Below are positions 35,764 to 45,046 of a stretch of DNA of 64,000 nucleotides, piece by piece. This stretch comes from a virus: the IMG/VR virus record IMGVR_UViG_3300037042_006682, positions 64,001-128,000 of that record; one strand, 5' to 3'. A model generated the notes under the pieces. It saw only the letters and a list, made by a program, of their open reading frames with translations. It was not told the origin of the DNA and did no database searches. The translations under genes were made by a program, and so were the position numbers. The first letter of the stretch is position 1. The number at the start of each line of letters is the position of its first letter.

Positions 35764-36807
35764 TCAGAAGCCCTCCCAGAGCGCCCGCTGGCGGGGCTCC
35801 GCGGGGAGGCACCCCGGCGAGTACCAGATCGCCTCCTGGTCCTTCGTCTTGCTCGACCCATAGGTGGTCCGCAGGCGCTCCCAGCCCACGCAGTCCCACC
35901 CCGGCAGGTCGTAATCCCCGAGGTGCCCGCACAGCGCGACGCGGAGGTCCCCGTGCTCGCGGCACCACGCGATGACCCCCGCCACCACGCTGTCCGCGCG
36001 GTAGAGGTCCTCGTAGCCGTCATAGGGCGGGTCGAGGAACACCGCGGTCTCCTCCTTGCCATAGTAGCTGTTGAGGCAGCGGTCCCAGGCCCCATGCACG
36101 ACCCGCACGCGATTCAGGCGCGCCGCGAGCCGCCGCAGCCACTGCGCCGCCACCGCCCCGCTGGAGGTCCAGTGGTCGGGGCCCGCGCCGTCCTCGGCGA
36201 TGTGCGTCTTCGAGGCGTAGCCCCGCCCCACGTCGTTGATCTGCGGGATCTGCCCCACGGCCTGCACGCCCCGCCCCAAGTTGTTGACGTGCGGGATCTT
36301 GCCCCCCGCCTGCACCCCCATGCCGGGGCTGCTCAGGAAGGGGATCTGCCCGCCCTCCACCGCGTCGCCCATGGGCCGCGTGCGCCACCAGTCCGCCCAG
36401 CCGCTGCCGATCCAGCAGCACTGCCCCCACATCCACCACCCCGCGACCTGCGCGTCCCCCGGCCACTCCGGGTCCTGCAGGGCCGCCCCGAGGCGCTCGC
36501 GCTGCGCCATCAGCCAAACGTGCCGCGCCCCGAGGTCCACGTTGACCACCGGGTAGTCCGCCCACCGCGCGACCTCCGCGTGCTGGTTCACCACCGCCCG
36601 CCAGAAGTTCGCGATGAACCCGTTGGCGTCCCCGATGACCTCCAGCGCGGCCGGCCGCGGCGCCCCGAGGAGCATCGCCGCCGACCCGCAGAACGGCTCG
36701 ATGTAGTGCTTGGGCCGCCCGAAGCGCGCCCAGACCTGCGTCACCACGTCCCGCTTGCCGCCGAAGTACGGAAAGGGGGCTACTAGGGGTTGTTCAACCA
36801 CCGACAC
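35764..36807 (-). CDS. Dam-like (D12 class) N6-adenine DNA methyltransferase
   Basis: FPYFGGK, YIEPFCGS, FLDPPY; GGAGG at start. Confidence 0.88.
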   Translation of the reverse strand: MSVVEQPLVAPFPYFGGKRDVVTQVWARFGRPKHYIEPFCGSAAMLLGAPRPAALEVIGDANGFIANFWRAVVNQHAEVARWADYPVVNVDLGARHVWLMAQRERLGAALQDPEWPGDAQVAGWWMWGQCCWIGSGWADWWRTRPMGDAVEGGQIPFLSSPGMGVQAGGKIPHVNNLGRGVQAVGQIPQINDVGRGYASKTHIAEDGAGPDHWTSSGAVAAQWLRRLAARLNRVRVVHGAWDRCLNSYYGKEETAVFLDPPYDGYEDLYRADSVVAGVIAWCREHGDLRVALCGHLGDYDLPGWDCVGWERLRTTYGSSKTKDQEAIWYSPGCLPAEPRQRALWEGF

Positions 36808-36822
36808 CTCCGGCCAACGCCA

Positions 36823-37626
36823 TCATCGCCGTCCCCGCGTCACGATGGCACCAGGCCCCGCCGCGAACAGCTCAAAGGCTATCGCATAGACCTGCCGCAG
36901 GAGGCCAGGGTGCTCGCCCGCATCCAGCGACTCCGCGAGGTCCAACACGCTCATCTCCGCGCGGTCCGCCCGCCGCTTGAGGTCCAGGTGGCAGCGGTCC
37001 CGCACCTCGCGATACAGGCGGTTCCAGGTCTCGCGGTAGTCCGCCCCCGTGAGCTGGCAGAACCCCCGCACCACCTGGTTGATCTGCATGCGCTCCGTCA
37101 GCTCCGGGGCCGGCAGGGCCGGTGCCGGGAGGGCCCGTAGCGCCTGATCGCCCGCCGCGGCGCGCGCCTCAATAGCGTCCACCCGCTGCGCCAACGCCGC
37201 CGTCTGGCGCTCCTGCTCAGCCAAGGCCTGCACCGACTCCAGCAACAGCTCGATCTGCGTCTTGGCCCGTCCCGCCACCGCGTATTGCCCCGTGCGCCGG
37301 ATGCGCGGGAGCACCTCCCCCGCGATCCACTTCTGGAACGGAAGGGCCATCGGCTTGTCCGATCGGGCCAGGAAGAAATAGAGGCCCTGCTCGGAAAGGC
37401 AAAGGATTTCCTGCACTCCGCCAGGGGTCGGTATTGGATACCGCCCCTTCCACTCCTCCGGGATGTGGTCCGTCATGCGCTTGGCATTGTCTGCTGTCGA
37501 TTCAGGATACCCCAGGGCCAACGCGACATCTCGCGCCACCCACCAGGGCTCGCCCTCGATCAGCTCGACGCGCACCGCCCGTTGCTCAAAATCAAACACC
37601 TGCACCACCGCTTGCTGCTCGCTCAT
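36823..37626 (-). CDS. BRO-N antirepressor-like protein
   Basis: FDFEQRAVRV...EPWWVARDVALALGY...SEQGLYFFLARSDKP.A..FQKWI..EVLP.IRRTGQY. Confidence 0.9.
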   Translation of the reverse strand: MSEQQAVVQVFDFEQRAVRVELIEGEPWWVARDVALALGYPESTADNAKRMTDHIPEEWKGRYPIPTPGGVQEILCLSEQGLYFFLARSDKPMALPFQKWIAGEVLPRIRRTGQYAVAGRAKTQIELLLESVQALAEQERQTAALAQRVDAIEARAAAGDQALRALPAPALPAPELTERMQINQVVRGFCQLTGADYRETWNRLYREVRDRCHLDLKRRADRAEMSVLDLAESLDAGEHPGLLRQVYAIAFELFAAGPGAIVTRGRR

Positions 37627-37678
37627 CGCTCCGCTCCTGGGCCCTCGCCCGCAACCGTCAGCCGTTCAACCGTTCAAC

Positions 37679-38002
37679 TCACCGCCGCCGCACGAGCCAC
37701 GCGGGGACCCCCTCGGGGCCCACCGGGGCGGCCGGGGCCGCGCTCCGCCGCTGCGCCTGCACCTGCGCCACCGCCTCATCAAGCGCCCGCAGCACCCCCT
37801 CGTGGGCCTCCACGAGCCCCAGTAGGCGCCCGCGCTCCGCCCGCAGCGCCACGAGGTCCCGCGCGAGGCCCTCCGCGAGGCAGGGCCAGCAGCGGTGCTG
37901 CCCCTCCAACAGGACAGCCGCGCGCCCCCCGCAGGCCCCGCACTCCTCCCCCCGCAGGCCTACCCGCGTCCACCGCGGGCACTCCCCCGTCAAGAAGCCC
38001 AT
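37679..38002 (-). CDS. hypothetical protein
   Basis: GGAGG RBS; CGAC..CWPC. Confidence 0.55.
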   Translation of the reverse strand: MGFLTGECPRWTRVGLRGEECGACGGRAAVLLEGQHRCWPCLAEGLARDLVALRAERGRLLGLVEAHEGVLRALDEAVAQVQAQRRSAAPAAPVGPEGVPAWLVRRR

Positions 38003-38232
38003 ATCACCTCCCCTGCACCATGCCGCGCGGCCCGCCGCCCCCCGCCAGGGGCCGGGTTCACGGCCGGCACCCCCTCACATGGTGTGGTTCCCTGCCACCC
38101 CCAGCTATTCTTCACCCTGAACCATTGGTTTCGCTGCATCTTGGAGGGGCCTGCGTGAGTTTTTAGGGGGCAGCAGGCCGCGCCGCACGCCGCGCCCCCA
38201 CCCCGTTGCTGTGTCCACGTTCGCACCCCATC

Positions 38233-38262
38233 GGGCTACCACGGGGCCACCATGTTTGTCAA
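38233..38262 (-). promoter_or_regulatory. sigma70-like promoter TTGACA-N18-TAGCCC
   Basis: GTTGACAAAC family. Confidence 0.5.
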
Positions 38263-38665
38263 CTTTCATCCTCCTCCCCCGCACTTTCCCCCGCCGCGCC
38301 CCGCGCCACGAGCCGCACGCGCCCCCGCTGGGGCACCCACAGCATCGCCGCCGCCTTGGCCCCCGCCCGCCGATGCATGCTCACCCACCAGCCCTCCTCC
38401 CCGTCCAGCGCCCCCCGCGTCACCTCCACGCGCAGCCCCAGGAGGTCCGCCGCCATGCGCCGCACCACGCCCCAGCCCTCCCAGCCATCACCCAAAAACA
38501 TCCATGCCTCCTCTCCGGACTGCCCCGCCCCATCCTACCACAGCCCTCCCCCAGGTTATCGCGCGAGACACGCGCGCGGCTTCATCCGCTTCGATCCTGC
38601 GCGATGTGGTCTGTTCTAGATCGATCTGGCCTTCCCCGAGCCCCGAGCCAAAGGCAGAGGACCCC

Positions 38666-38723
38666 TGTACCTTTACGTCTTGTTCTTCGTCTTGTTCTTC
38701 GTCTTGTTCTTTGTCTTCGTCTT
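38666..38723. repeat. 12-bp tandem repeat CGTCTTGTTCTT (~3.5 copies plus degenerate flank)
   Basis: direct reading. Confidence 0.8.
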
Positions 38724-39183
38724 AGATCTCGAGAGAGATCGCGCGGCCCTGCGCGCAGGGCGAAACTCCCGTAGGGAGTTGAGCTAAGACCCGCAAGGGA
38801 TCCGGATCCGGAGATCCACGCGCTCTCCAAGGCGCGAAGACGCCCCCGATCGAACGCCCGTCGTCACGCGCGAGACAAAGGAGAATCCACGGGGTTCACG
38901 TAGATTCTTGAGGTTGCGTACGCGCGTACGCGGATTCTAGGATTCACCTTAACTATGCACATCAAACGGCTCGACATCGCTTGTGAAATCTCGCAAGGGC
39001 ACGCGAAGCATCCCATCTTGCCGCTTTGCCACTGCGTACGCAGGTTCGAGAATCTACTTTAACTATTGCGTGTAACCACCACGTAATCTCACAGCTATCG
39101 CCAAACGCGAGCGCCCACTGCGTACGCAACCTCGTGACTTTACTTGAAGGATTGATACTCAACTCCACGATTACACAAGGCAA

Positions 39184-39567
39184 TCACCGCTTTTTCCACT
39201 CATCCTCGTGGACAAAAGCACGCAGGATCGCGGCCACGCCCCCCTCGGCCTCCTCCGGGGGCACGCTGGTGCGCGCCTGCACCGCGGCCACCGCGCGCCC
39301 CACCCCGTCCCCCGCCGCGGCCAGCGCGTCCACCTGCACCTGCAGGGCATCCGCGCGCTCCCGGTGCTGCTTGAGGGCCGCCACCATGCCGAGGCGCGCC
39401 CGCTCCAGGGCCCCCACCTGGACCTCCGCCGCGACGAGGGCCTGCCCCAGCGCCGCGACCTCGCGCTCCACCCGCGCGAGCCCCGCCGTCAGCGCCCGCA
39501 CGGTCCCCGCCAGCTCCGCGACCCGCGCCTCCACCCCCACCCACGAGGGCGCCCGCGGCGGCGTCAC
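39184..39567 (-). CDS. coiled-coil hypothetical protein
   Basis: GTGA overlap; heptads. Confidence 0.55.
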   Translation of the reverse strand: MTPPRAPSWVGVEARVAELAGTVRALTAGLARVEREVAALGQALVAAEVQVGALERARLGMVAALKQHRERADALQVQVDALAAAGDGVGRAVAAVQARTSVPPEEAEGGVAAILRAFVHEDEWKKR

Positions 39568-40178
39568 GAGCGGCCCCGCACCCCCGCCCCGTCCGCCTCC
39601 GTCACCGTCTGGAACGAGGCCGTGATGGCCTCCCCGAGCGGCCCCTCGTCCCCCGCCATCGGCGGCGGCGCCACCGTGGGCACCGGGGGCGGCCCCAGCG
39701 GCGCGGGGACCCCGCCCATGCGCACCACCCACGCGGCCAGCGCCACGGCCACCCCGTGCGCCGCCTGGCGCCACGACGTGGGGAGCGCCCCGAGCCCCAG
39801 CCCGAGCCCCCGCGCCACCGCCAGCAGCAGCGCCAGCCCGTGGACCCCCCACACCGCCCCGGCCTCGTGGCCATCGGCCCCGCGCACCCCGCCCCCCGTC
39901 GCCCCGAGGGGCCGGTGCCAGCGCGCGAGCCCCATCACCAGCGCCGGGGGGAGCCCCCCCGCCACCAGCGCGTCCACCGCGTAGATCCCATGGCCATCCG
40001 CCCCCACCACGCGCAGGAGCCCCTCCACCGCCGCGCGGTCCAGGGCCTGGCGCCCCGCCGCCGCCCGCGTCCCCACGCGCGTCCCCAGCGCCGGCGTCCG
40101 CATCTGCCCCGCCAGCTCCGCCGCGGCCCCCGCCCGCGCCCCGTCCGGCCGCGTTGGCCGTCCCTGCTCGTCGCCCAT
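39564..40178 (-). CDS. hypothetical protein
   Basis: AGGAGG RBS; TTGACA at 40374-40379 upstream. Confidence 0.5.
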   Translation of the reverse strand: MGDEQGRPTRPDGARAGAAAELAGQMRTPALGTRVGTRAAAGRQALDRAAVEGLLRVVGADGHGIYAVDALVAGGLPPALVMGLARWHRPLGATGGGVRGADGHEAGAVWGVHGLALLLAVARGLGLGLGALPTSWRQAAHGVAVALAAWVVRMGGVPAPLGPPPVPTVAPPPMAGDEGPLGEAITASFQTVTEADGAGVRGRS

Positions 40179-40352
40179 CACGCGCCTCCTCTGCTGGATC
40201 GTCTCTGGGGTATTGTAGGCCGCCGCAGGGGCGCTATCAAGGCGACGCGCACGCGCATACGCAGGCACAACGCCACCAAAAAGAAGAGCCGCCGTGGTTG
40301 CACCCACGAGCGGCTCGAGTCGGTCCAGGACAAACACAACGACCAGGGCCTT

Positions 40353-40829
40353 TTACCCCACCGCACCGCCGCGTGTCAAGCCCTCCACAAGCGCCCGCAG
40401 GCGCTGGCTCAGCGACCGGGCCTCGCCCTTCAGCGTCCATGGCCCCTCGAACTCCGCGCGCCTCTTGCCCACGAGCTTGTAGTACTTCGCGTCCTTCGCG
40501 GCGTGGTTCCGGTCCCGCTGGTGCCTCTGGATGTACTTGCGCCCGCGCGGCGTCTGCTGGTGCGGCTTCCGCCGCTTGAAGTACGGCAGCTTGGGCCCGT
40601 GGTGCAACGCCGCGACCCCGCGCGCGATGGCGTGCGCCTTCGGGGCGTCCGAGCGCCGCGGGGGCGTCTTCTTCCGCAGCCCCCCCACGATCGCCACCAC
40701 GGCGTGCCGCGTGTAGGGGTCCGCCGCCCGCGGCTTCTGCACCTTGATCGCGGCCCCCCCATGGGGCGTCTTCCCCTCGATCAGGGCCCGCAGGCGCGCG
40801 CTGAGCCGCTCCCCGCGCGTCAGCGCCAC
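40353..40829 (-). CDS. very basic protein with LSARLRALIEG leader (putative capsid-internal DNA-binding protein)
   Basis: K/R/H-rich; leader motif at both ends. Confidence 0.6.
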   Translation of the reverse strand: MALTRGERLSARLRALIEGKTPHGGAAIKVQKPRAADPYTRHAVVAIVGGLRKKTPPRRSDAPKAHAIARGVAALHHGPKLPYFKRRKPHQQTPRGRKYIQRHQRDRNHAAKDAKYYKLVGKRRAEFEGPWTLKGEARSLSQRLRALVEGLTRGGAVG

Positions 40830-40833
40830 GGCG

Positions 40834-41157
40834 TCAGAGGCTCCACGCATCCCAGACCGCCTCGAACTGCTTGTACGCCTCGGCCACGGCCGCCTGCGCC
40901 AGGAACAGCGTGTGGGCCTGCGTCGCCTCCCACGTGGCCTCGTAGTCCTTGCGCGGCACATCGACCTCGTAGTGCATCAGCGGGCGGATCCCCGCCATCT
41001 CCTCCCGCTTCGCCTTCAGCGCCCGCACCGCCTGAGCCAGGGCCTCGGCCGCCTTGAGGACGGGGTCCACCTTGGGCACCACCTTGCGGGCCTTGATGAC
41101 CGCCTCGGGGACCTTTACCTCGTCCAACTGCCGGATCAGCGCCTTCATGCTCCTCAT
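40834..41157 (-). CDS. putative internal head protein (leader MRSMKALIRQLDE)
   Basis: GGAGG RBS; shared leader. Confidence 0.65.
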   Translation of the reverse strand: MRSMKALIRQLDEVKVPEAVIKARKVVPKVDPVLKAAEALAQAVRALKAKREEMAGIRPLMHYEVDVPRKDYEATWEATQAHTLFLAQAAVAEAYKQFEAVWDAWSL

Positions 41158-41513
41158 ACGGGCCTCCCCATCGCGAGTTCCCACGCGTCCGTCACGCCCC
41201 ACTTGGCCTCGTCAATAGCGATCAGTTGCTCCTGGTACGCCGCCATCGCCTGGCGGTCCGCCCGGTCCAGCCCCTTGACCAGCTTGGCCAGGTCCGCGAC
41301 CTCCTTGTCGAACCGCGCCACCGCCGCATGCACGCCCTTGAGCACGGCCTCCGTCGGCACGTGCATCTGCTGGTTCCGCTGGTCGATCTCGCGCCGCCGC
41401 GCCTCCTTCGACTGGAAGTCCCCCGGCGCCACCTCGCGCCGCCGCTGGACCCCCTCGATCACCGCGATCCGCCGCTTGACCCCCTCGATCACCGCGCTCA
41501 TCCGCTGTGCCAT
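41154..41513 (-). CDS. putative internal head protein (duplicated leader AVIEGVKRR/AVIEGVQRR)
   Basis: GGAGGAG RBS; 30-bp tandem duplication 41441-41496. Confidence 0.65.
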   Translation of the reverse strand: MAQRMSAVIEGVKRRIAVIEGVQRRREVAPGDFQSKEARRREIDQRNQQMHVPTEAVLKGVHAAVARFDKEVADLAKLVKGLDRADRQAMAAYQEQLIAIDEAKWGVTDAWELAMGRPV

Positions 41514-41515
41514 CG

Positions 41516-41860
41516 TCACTCCTCCGTGTCGGAGTGGGCCGCGCCGTGCGCGAACCCCACCTGGAATAGCAGCCCATCGACGGCCTTGTTCAGCGCGATC
41601 ACGGCCGCCTGCATGCGGGGGTCCGTCGCCGGGCGGTCCAGCCCCTGGACCAGCTCCGCCACGCGCCCCGCCGCCTGCTGCAGCGCCGCCGCCTTGGCCC
41701 CCGCGGCCTGGCGCGCGTTGGCCACGCCCCGCGCGTCCTGCGGGGAGCGCCACGCCACCTGCATCCCGCTGGTGACCTGCCCCCAGTTCGCGGGCACGCC
41801 CTCGGCCAGCAGGCCCGAGGCGACCAGGCTCGCCTCGATCATCGTGCGCATGCGCGTCAT
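41516..41860 (-). CDS. putative internal head protein (MTRMRTMIE...LLAE)
   Basis: AAGGAGG RBS. Confidence 0.65.
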   Translation of the reverse strand: MTRMRTMIEASLVASGLLAEGVPANWGQVTSGMQVAWRSPQDARGVANARQAAGAKAAALQQAAGRVAELVQGLDRPATDPRMQAAVIALNKAVDGLLFQVGFAHGAAHSDTEE

Positions 41861-41869
41861 GGCGCCTCC

Positions 41870-42259
41870 TTACTCGGTCGCACCCCTGAATTTCCATTCC
41901 TTCTTGGCGAAGTCGTACCACGCCTGTAGCAGCGTGATCCCATTGCTGCCGCCAGCCCTGTGCTCCCACGAAATATCCAGTGGGATCTGCATCATGTTGT
42001 GCTGGGCGCTGTAGTGCCCCGCGCCCTTCACGACCACCGTGCTCATCACGGCCTCGAAAACCCCCGCCTTGCCCACTAGCTCGTCGCTCTTCACGATCAA
42101 ACGCCAGGGTCCAGCAGACGACAACTTGGCCGTCAACTTCACCGGCACCTTGAGGGCCTTGGAGACCTGCTGCTCCAGCGGCTTGATGTCGATCTCGTCC
42201 TCGCTCGGACCCTCAGTGGCCTCGTGCAACCGCCCGATCAGGGTGCTCATCTTCTGCAT
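41870..42259 (-). CDS. putative internal head protein (MQKMSTLIGRLHE)
   Basis: GGAG RBS; shared leader. Confidence 0.7.
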   Translation of the reverse strand: MQKMSTLIGRLHEATEGPSEDEIDIKPLEQQVSKALKVPVKLTAKLSSAGPWRLIVKSDELVGKAGVFEAVMSTVVVKGAGHYSAQHNMMQIPLDISWEHRAGGSNGITLLQAWYDFAKKEWKFRGATE

Positions 42260-42327
42260 GGTATCTCCATTCTCAGGGGCGCCACCGGCGCCGCGTTTGC
42301 TACTTCGCGAGCCCCGCGCGCGCCGCC

Positions 42328-42849
42328 CTACGGCAGCACGTAAATGGTGCTGACCCCGCGCTTGCGCGCCTCCGCCTGGGCCGCCTTGACCGCCTCGGCA
42401 TAGAGCATGTTGCCGCCGGGGGCGAACGCCTCGTCCGACCGCATGTCCGGGTCCTGCGTGCCAATGCCGAACATCCAGTTGCCGCGCCCCTTCGGGGCCG
42501 CCCCGTGGTTGAAGCGGTACAGGTTGGTCTCCACGTTGACCTTGCCGGTCGCCTCTTCCAAGCGCCGGATCAGGCTCTGCATCTTCGTCATGGTGTCCTC
42601 ACCCTTGATGGCCCGCTCGTAGGCCGCATCTTTGCCATGGGCCGCCGCGTCGCGTCCATGCGCCCGGATCGCCCGCTTGCCCTTGGCCGTCTTGTGCTTC
42701 GTGCCGGGCTCGTAGTAGCCGGCCTTGTTCCCGCCCGCCTTGCAGATCGCGAAGGCCGCGCCCTTGTCCTTGCCACCCTTGGTGACGCCCGCCACGCAGT
42801 GCCGCATGTAGGCGTCCGCCCGCTCGATCAACGCTTGCATCGACTCCAT
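42328..42849 (-). CDS. putative internal head protein, two leader+domain units fused
   Basis: MESMQALIE at the start; internal MTKMQSLIRRLEE at 42591 with its own GAGGA. Confidence 0.7.
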   Translation of the reverse strand: MESMQALIERADAYMRHCVAGVTKGGKDKGAAFAICKAGGNKAGYYEPGTKHKTAKGKRAIRAHGRDAAAHGKDAAYERAIKGEDTMTKMQSLIRRLEEATGKVNVETNLYRFNHGAAPKGRGNWMFGIGTQDPDMRSDEAFAPGGNMLYAEAVKAAQAEARKRGVSTIYVLP

Positions 42850-42859
42850 GCTCGCCTAC

Positions 42860-43231
42860 TCACACGCTCGCCAGGATCCGCACGGGGACCGGGCTCGTCG
42901 GCGCCGTGGTCCCCGGCGTGCCGGGGCTCGTCACGCAGCAGCACGTGAGCCCCACCCCGAACGCCAGGCCCTCCGGCACCGCGAACGACCGCTTGACCGC
43001 CGCGGGGACCATCAGCACGAGGTGCGGGTCCACGGACCCCGGCGCCGCGCTCACCGCGTTGTAGAACTTCACGTAGCTGGGGGCCCCCGCGTTGCCCGTG
43101 TTGTCGGCCTCCACGAGGTACAGCGTGCAGGGCGCCCCGAAGAGGTTGTTCTGCGCCGTCACGCCGAGGGCCGTGTCCACCGCGAGGCGGGTCGCGACCG
43201 GGTTCACCTGGGTACTGACTGCCATCACCAT
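42860..43231 (-). CDS. putative virion structural protein (beta-rich)
   Basis: GAGGA RBS; no E-leader; preceded by a 26-bp palindrome. Confidence 0.6.
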   Translation of the reverse strand: MVMAVSTQVNPVATRLAVDTALGVTAQNNLFGAPCTLYLVEADNTGNAGAPSYVKFYNAVSAAPGSVDPHLVLMVPAAVKRSFAVPEGLAFGVGLTCCCVTSPGTPGTTAPTSPVPVRILASV

Positions 43232-43249
43232 GCTCGTCCTCGTTTCCTC

Positions 43250-43275
43250 GCGCTGCGCATGCGCATGCGCAGCGC
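43250..43275. promoter_or_regulatory. 26-bp perfect palindrome GCGCTGCGCATGCGCATGCGCAGCGC
   Basis: intergenic; RY family. Confidence 0.65.
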
Positions 43276-44648
43276 TACCTTACCACCGCGCCCCCCGCCC
43301 TGTCCGCAAACTCGCGCAGGAGGGCCCCGAGGCCCCCGTCAACCCCCTCGCTCTGTGCCGCCCGCCCCAGCGCCAGCGCCTCGAAGCGCGCCCGCTGCGG
43401 GCCCGTCAGCACCACGCCGTTATAGTCCCCCAGCACATAGGCCGCGAAGGTCTCCGCGAACTCCTCCACCGCCGACTCTGCCCCGTAGGCCGTCGGCGCG
43501 GGCACATACCCCGCCTGCGGGCCCTCGCGCTCCTGGTCCGCCTTGCTGCGCGGGTCGAACCACGCCGCGAAGCGCGCCCGCGCCCCCGCCTTCATCACCT
43601 TGTACCAATAGCGATGGCCTAGCTCGTGTACTGCGATCTCCGCCACCACATCGGGCGTCCACCACCCCTTTGGGTTCAGGACAATCTCCTCGCTCGTGTT
43701 GTAATGCCCCGCAACCTTAAAGTTCACCCCAGACTTAGCCTTCTTTAACGTAAGCGCACGCGCCACAGGACGCACAAAAATCTCCCCATACCACACGCCC
43801 CCCATCCCCCGCTGTACCAGCGCCCGCTGCGCCGCTTGCAACCCTGCATGCACAGCCCGCATTACACCTATGTTCACGCTGCGCTCCCCAACGGGCGCTC
43901 CCGCAATGTCATCGGATCGTGCCAGGGCACTCAAATCCACTTGTGCACCTGGATCTGTCACGACTTTCATGCGCCCTAGACTGTACTCTAGCGGCGGGGC
44001 CTCCGCGACGACCGCGGCCGTGTTCGGCGAGACCTGCAACAGTTTAAGATAGGCGCGCAAGGCCGCCTGCACCTCGATGTCGACCGCCTTAACCGCATTG
44101 CCCTCGTTGCGCATCTCAAGCTGCCACGAGGTTAGCTCCCCCTCGTCCGTGGCCCCCGTTTGCGAGCGATTGCCCATGCGATCATTAAAGGCGCGCTTGG
44201 CCTCCGAATCTGGATATTCTACATCGAACCATTGCTGCTCCCGCCCCATCATATTTTGTAGCGCCTTATGGGCTACATCCAGATGCGGCAAAACCCCCTG
44301 CTCCGGCGCCTTTGAAAGAGCATGCCCCGCCACACGGGCTGGCATCTTTAGCACGGCATAGGCTCCCGCTTTGTAAGGGCGCCGCTCCATCGCAGTAAGG
44401 GCCGCCTTCGCAACATCCTGCGGCACCGCTATCCCAGCCGCCCGCACCAAGGCATCCTTCAGCGCCGCGATCCGAGCCTGCCCCTCGGCAAACCACGCGA
44501 GCACCTGGCCGCGATCTTTAGGGTCGCGGATCTGCGCCACCGTGGCCGCGGCCTTCACCCACTGCCCCCACCACTTGCGGACCCCCGCCAGCCACGCCTT
44601 GGTGCCCGGCTCGGGGGCCGCCTCCAGCAGGGTCAGCAGCTCACGCAC
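43275..44648 (-). CDS. leader-bearing protein with C-terminal zincin metallopeptidase (lethal-factor/MPTase-like)
   Basis: MRELLTLLEAA leader; AVHELGHRYW...YGAESAVEEFAETFAAY. Confidence 0.8.
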   Translation of the reverse strand: MRELLTLLEAAPEPGTKAWLAGVRKWWGQWVKAAATVAQIRDPKDRGQVLAWFAEGQARIAALKDALVRAAGIAVPQDVAKAALTAMERRPYKAGAYAVLKMPARVAGHALSKAPEQGVLPHLDVAHKALQNMMGREQQWFDVEYPDSEAKRAFNDRMGNRSQTGATDEGELTSWQLEMRNEGNAVKAVDIEVQAALRAYLKLLQVSPNTAAVVAEAPPLEYSLGRMKVVTDPGAQVDLSALARSDDIAGAPVGERSVNIGVMRAVHAGLQAAQRALVQRGMGGVWYGEIFVRPVARALTLKKAKSGVNFKVAGHYNTSEEIVLNPKGWWTPDVVAEIAVHELGHRYWYKVMKAGARARFAAWFDPRSKADQEREGPQAGYVPAPTAYGAESAVEEFAETFAAYVLGDYNGVVLTGPQRARFEALALGRAAQSEGVDGGLGALLREFADRAGGAVVR

Positions 44649-45036
44649 GGCGCACCTTCGCAGCCAGCGTACCGAGGGCGACCCCCCAGTCCGTCGCCGC
44701 GCTCGCCGCGCCCCGCAACCGCTGGTCCGCCGCCCGCACCGCGGCATCCTTCATCTGGTCCCCCGGCCAGAACAGCCCCATGCGGCCCAGCTCATAGCTC
44801 GTGGCTAGGGACCACACCTTCGCATCGTGCTTCTTCTTGACCAGGAGCACCTCGCGGTCAAAGCCCTCGACCCGCGCGTAGGCCCCCCAGTAGGAGCGCG
44901 CGGTCCCCGGCCGATCGCGCCCCATGATCCAGCCCTCCCACGTGATCGTCACGGGGCGCTTCGCCCCCGCCACCACCACGCGGACCGCGCCCGTGCCCTC
45001 GACCAGCGCCCGTAGGCGTGCGCTCAAGCAGGTCAT
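44641..45036 (-). CDS. putative internal head protein (LSARLRALVEG)
   Basis: GAGGAGG RBS; shared leader. Confidence 0.7.
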   Translation of the reverse strand: MTCLSARLRALVEGTGAVRVVVAGAKRPVTITWEGWIMGRDRPGTARSYWGAYARVEGFDREVLLVKKKHDAKVWSLATSYELGRMGLFWPGDQMKDAAVRAADQRLRGAASAATDWGVALGTLAAKVRRA

Positions 45037-45046
45037 CGCGCCCTCC

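Noticed and set aside
34001-35968. 655-aa ORF as a single protein
   Set aside because: Chimeric frame: MTase N-terminus before the C8 shift, off-frame filler, then the separate ASCH gene starting at 34705.
38666-38723. Possible CRISPR array
   Set aside because: Contiguous 12-bp repeats without spacers; no cas genes.
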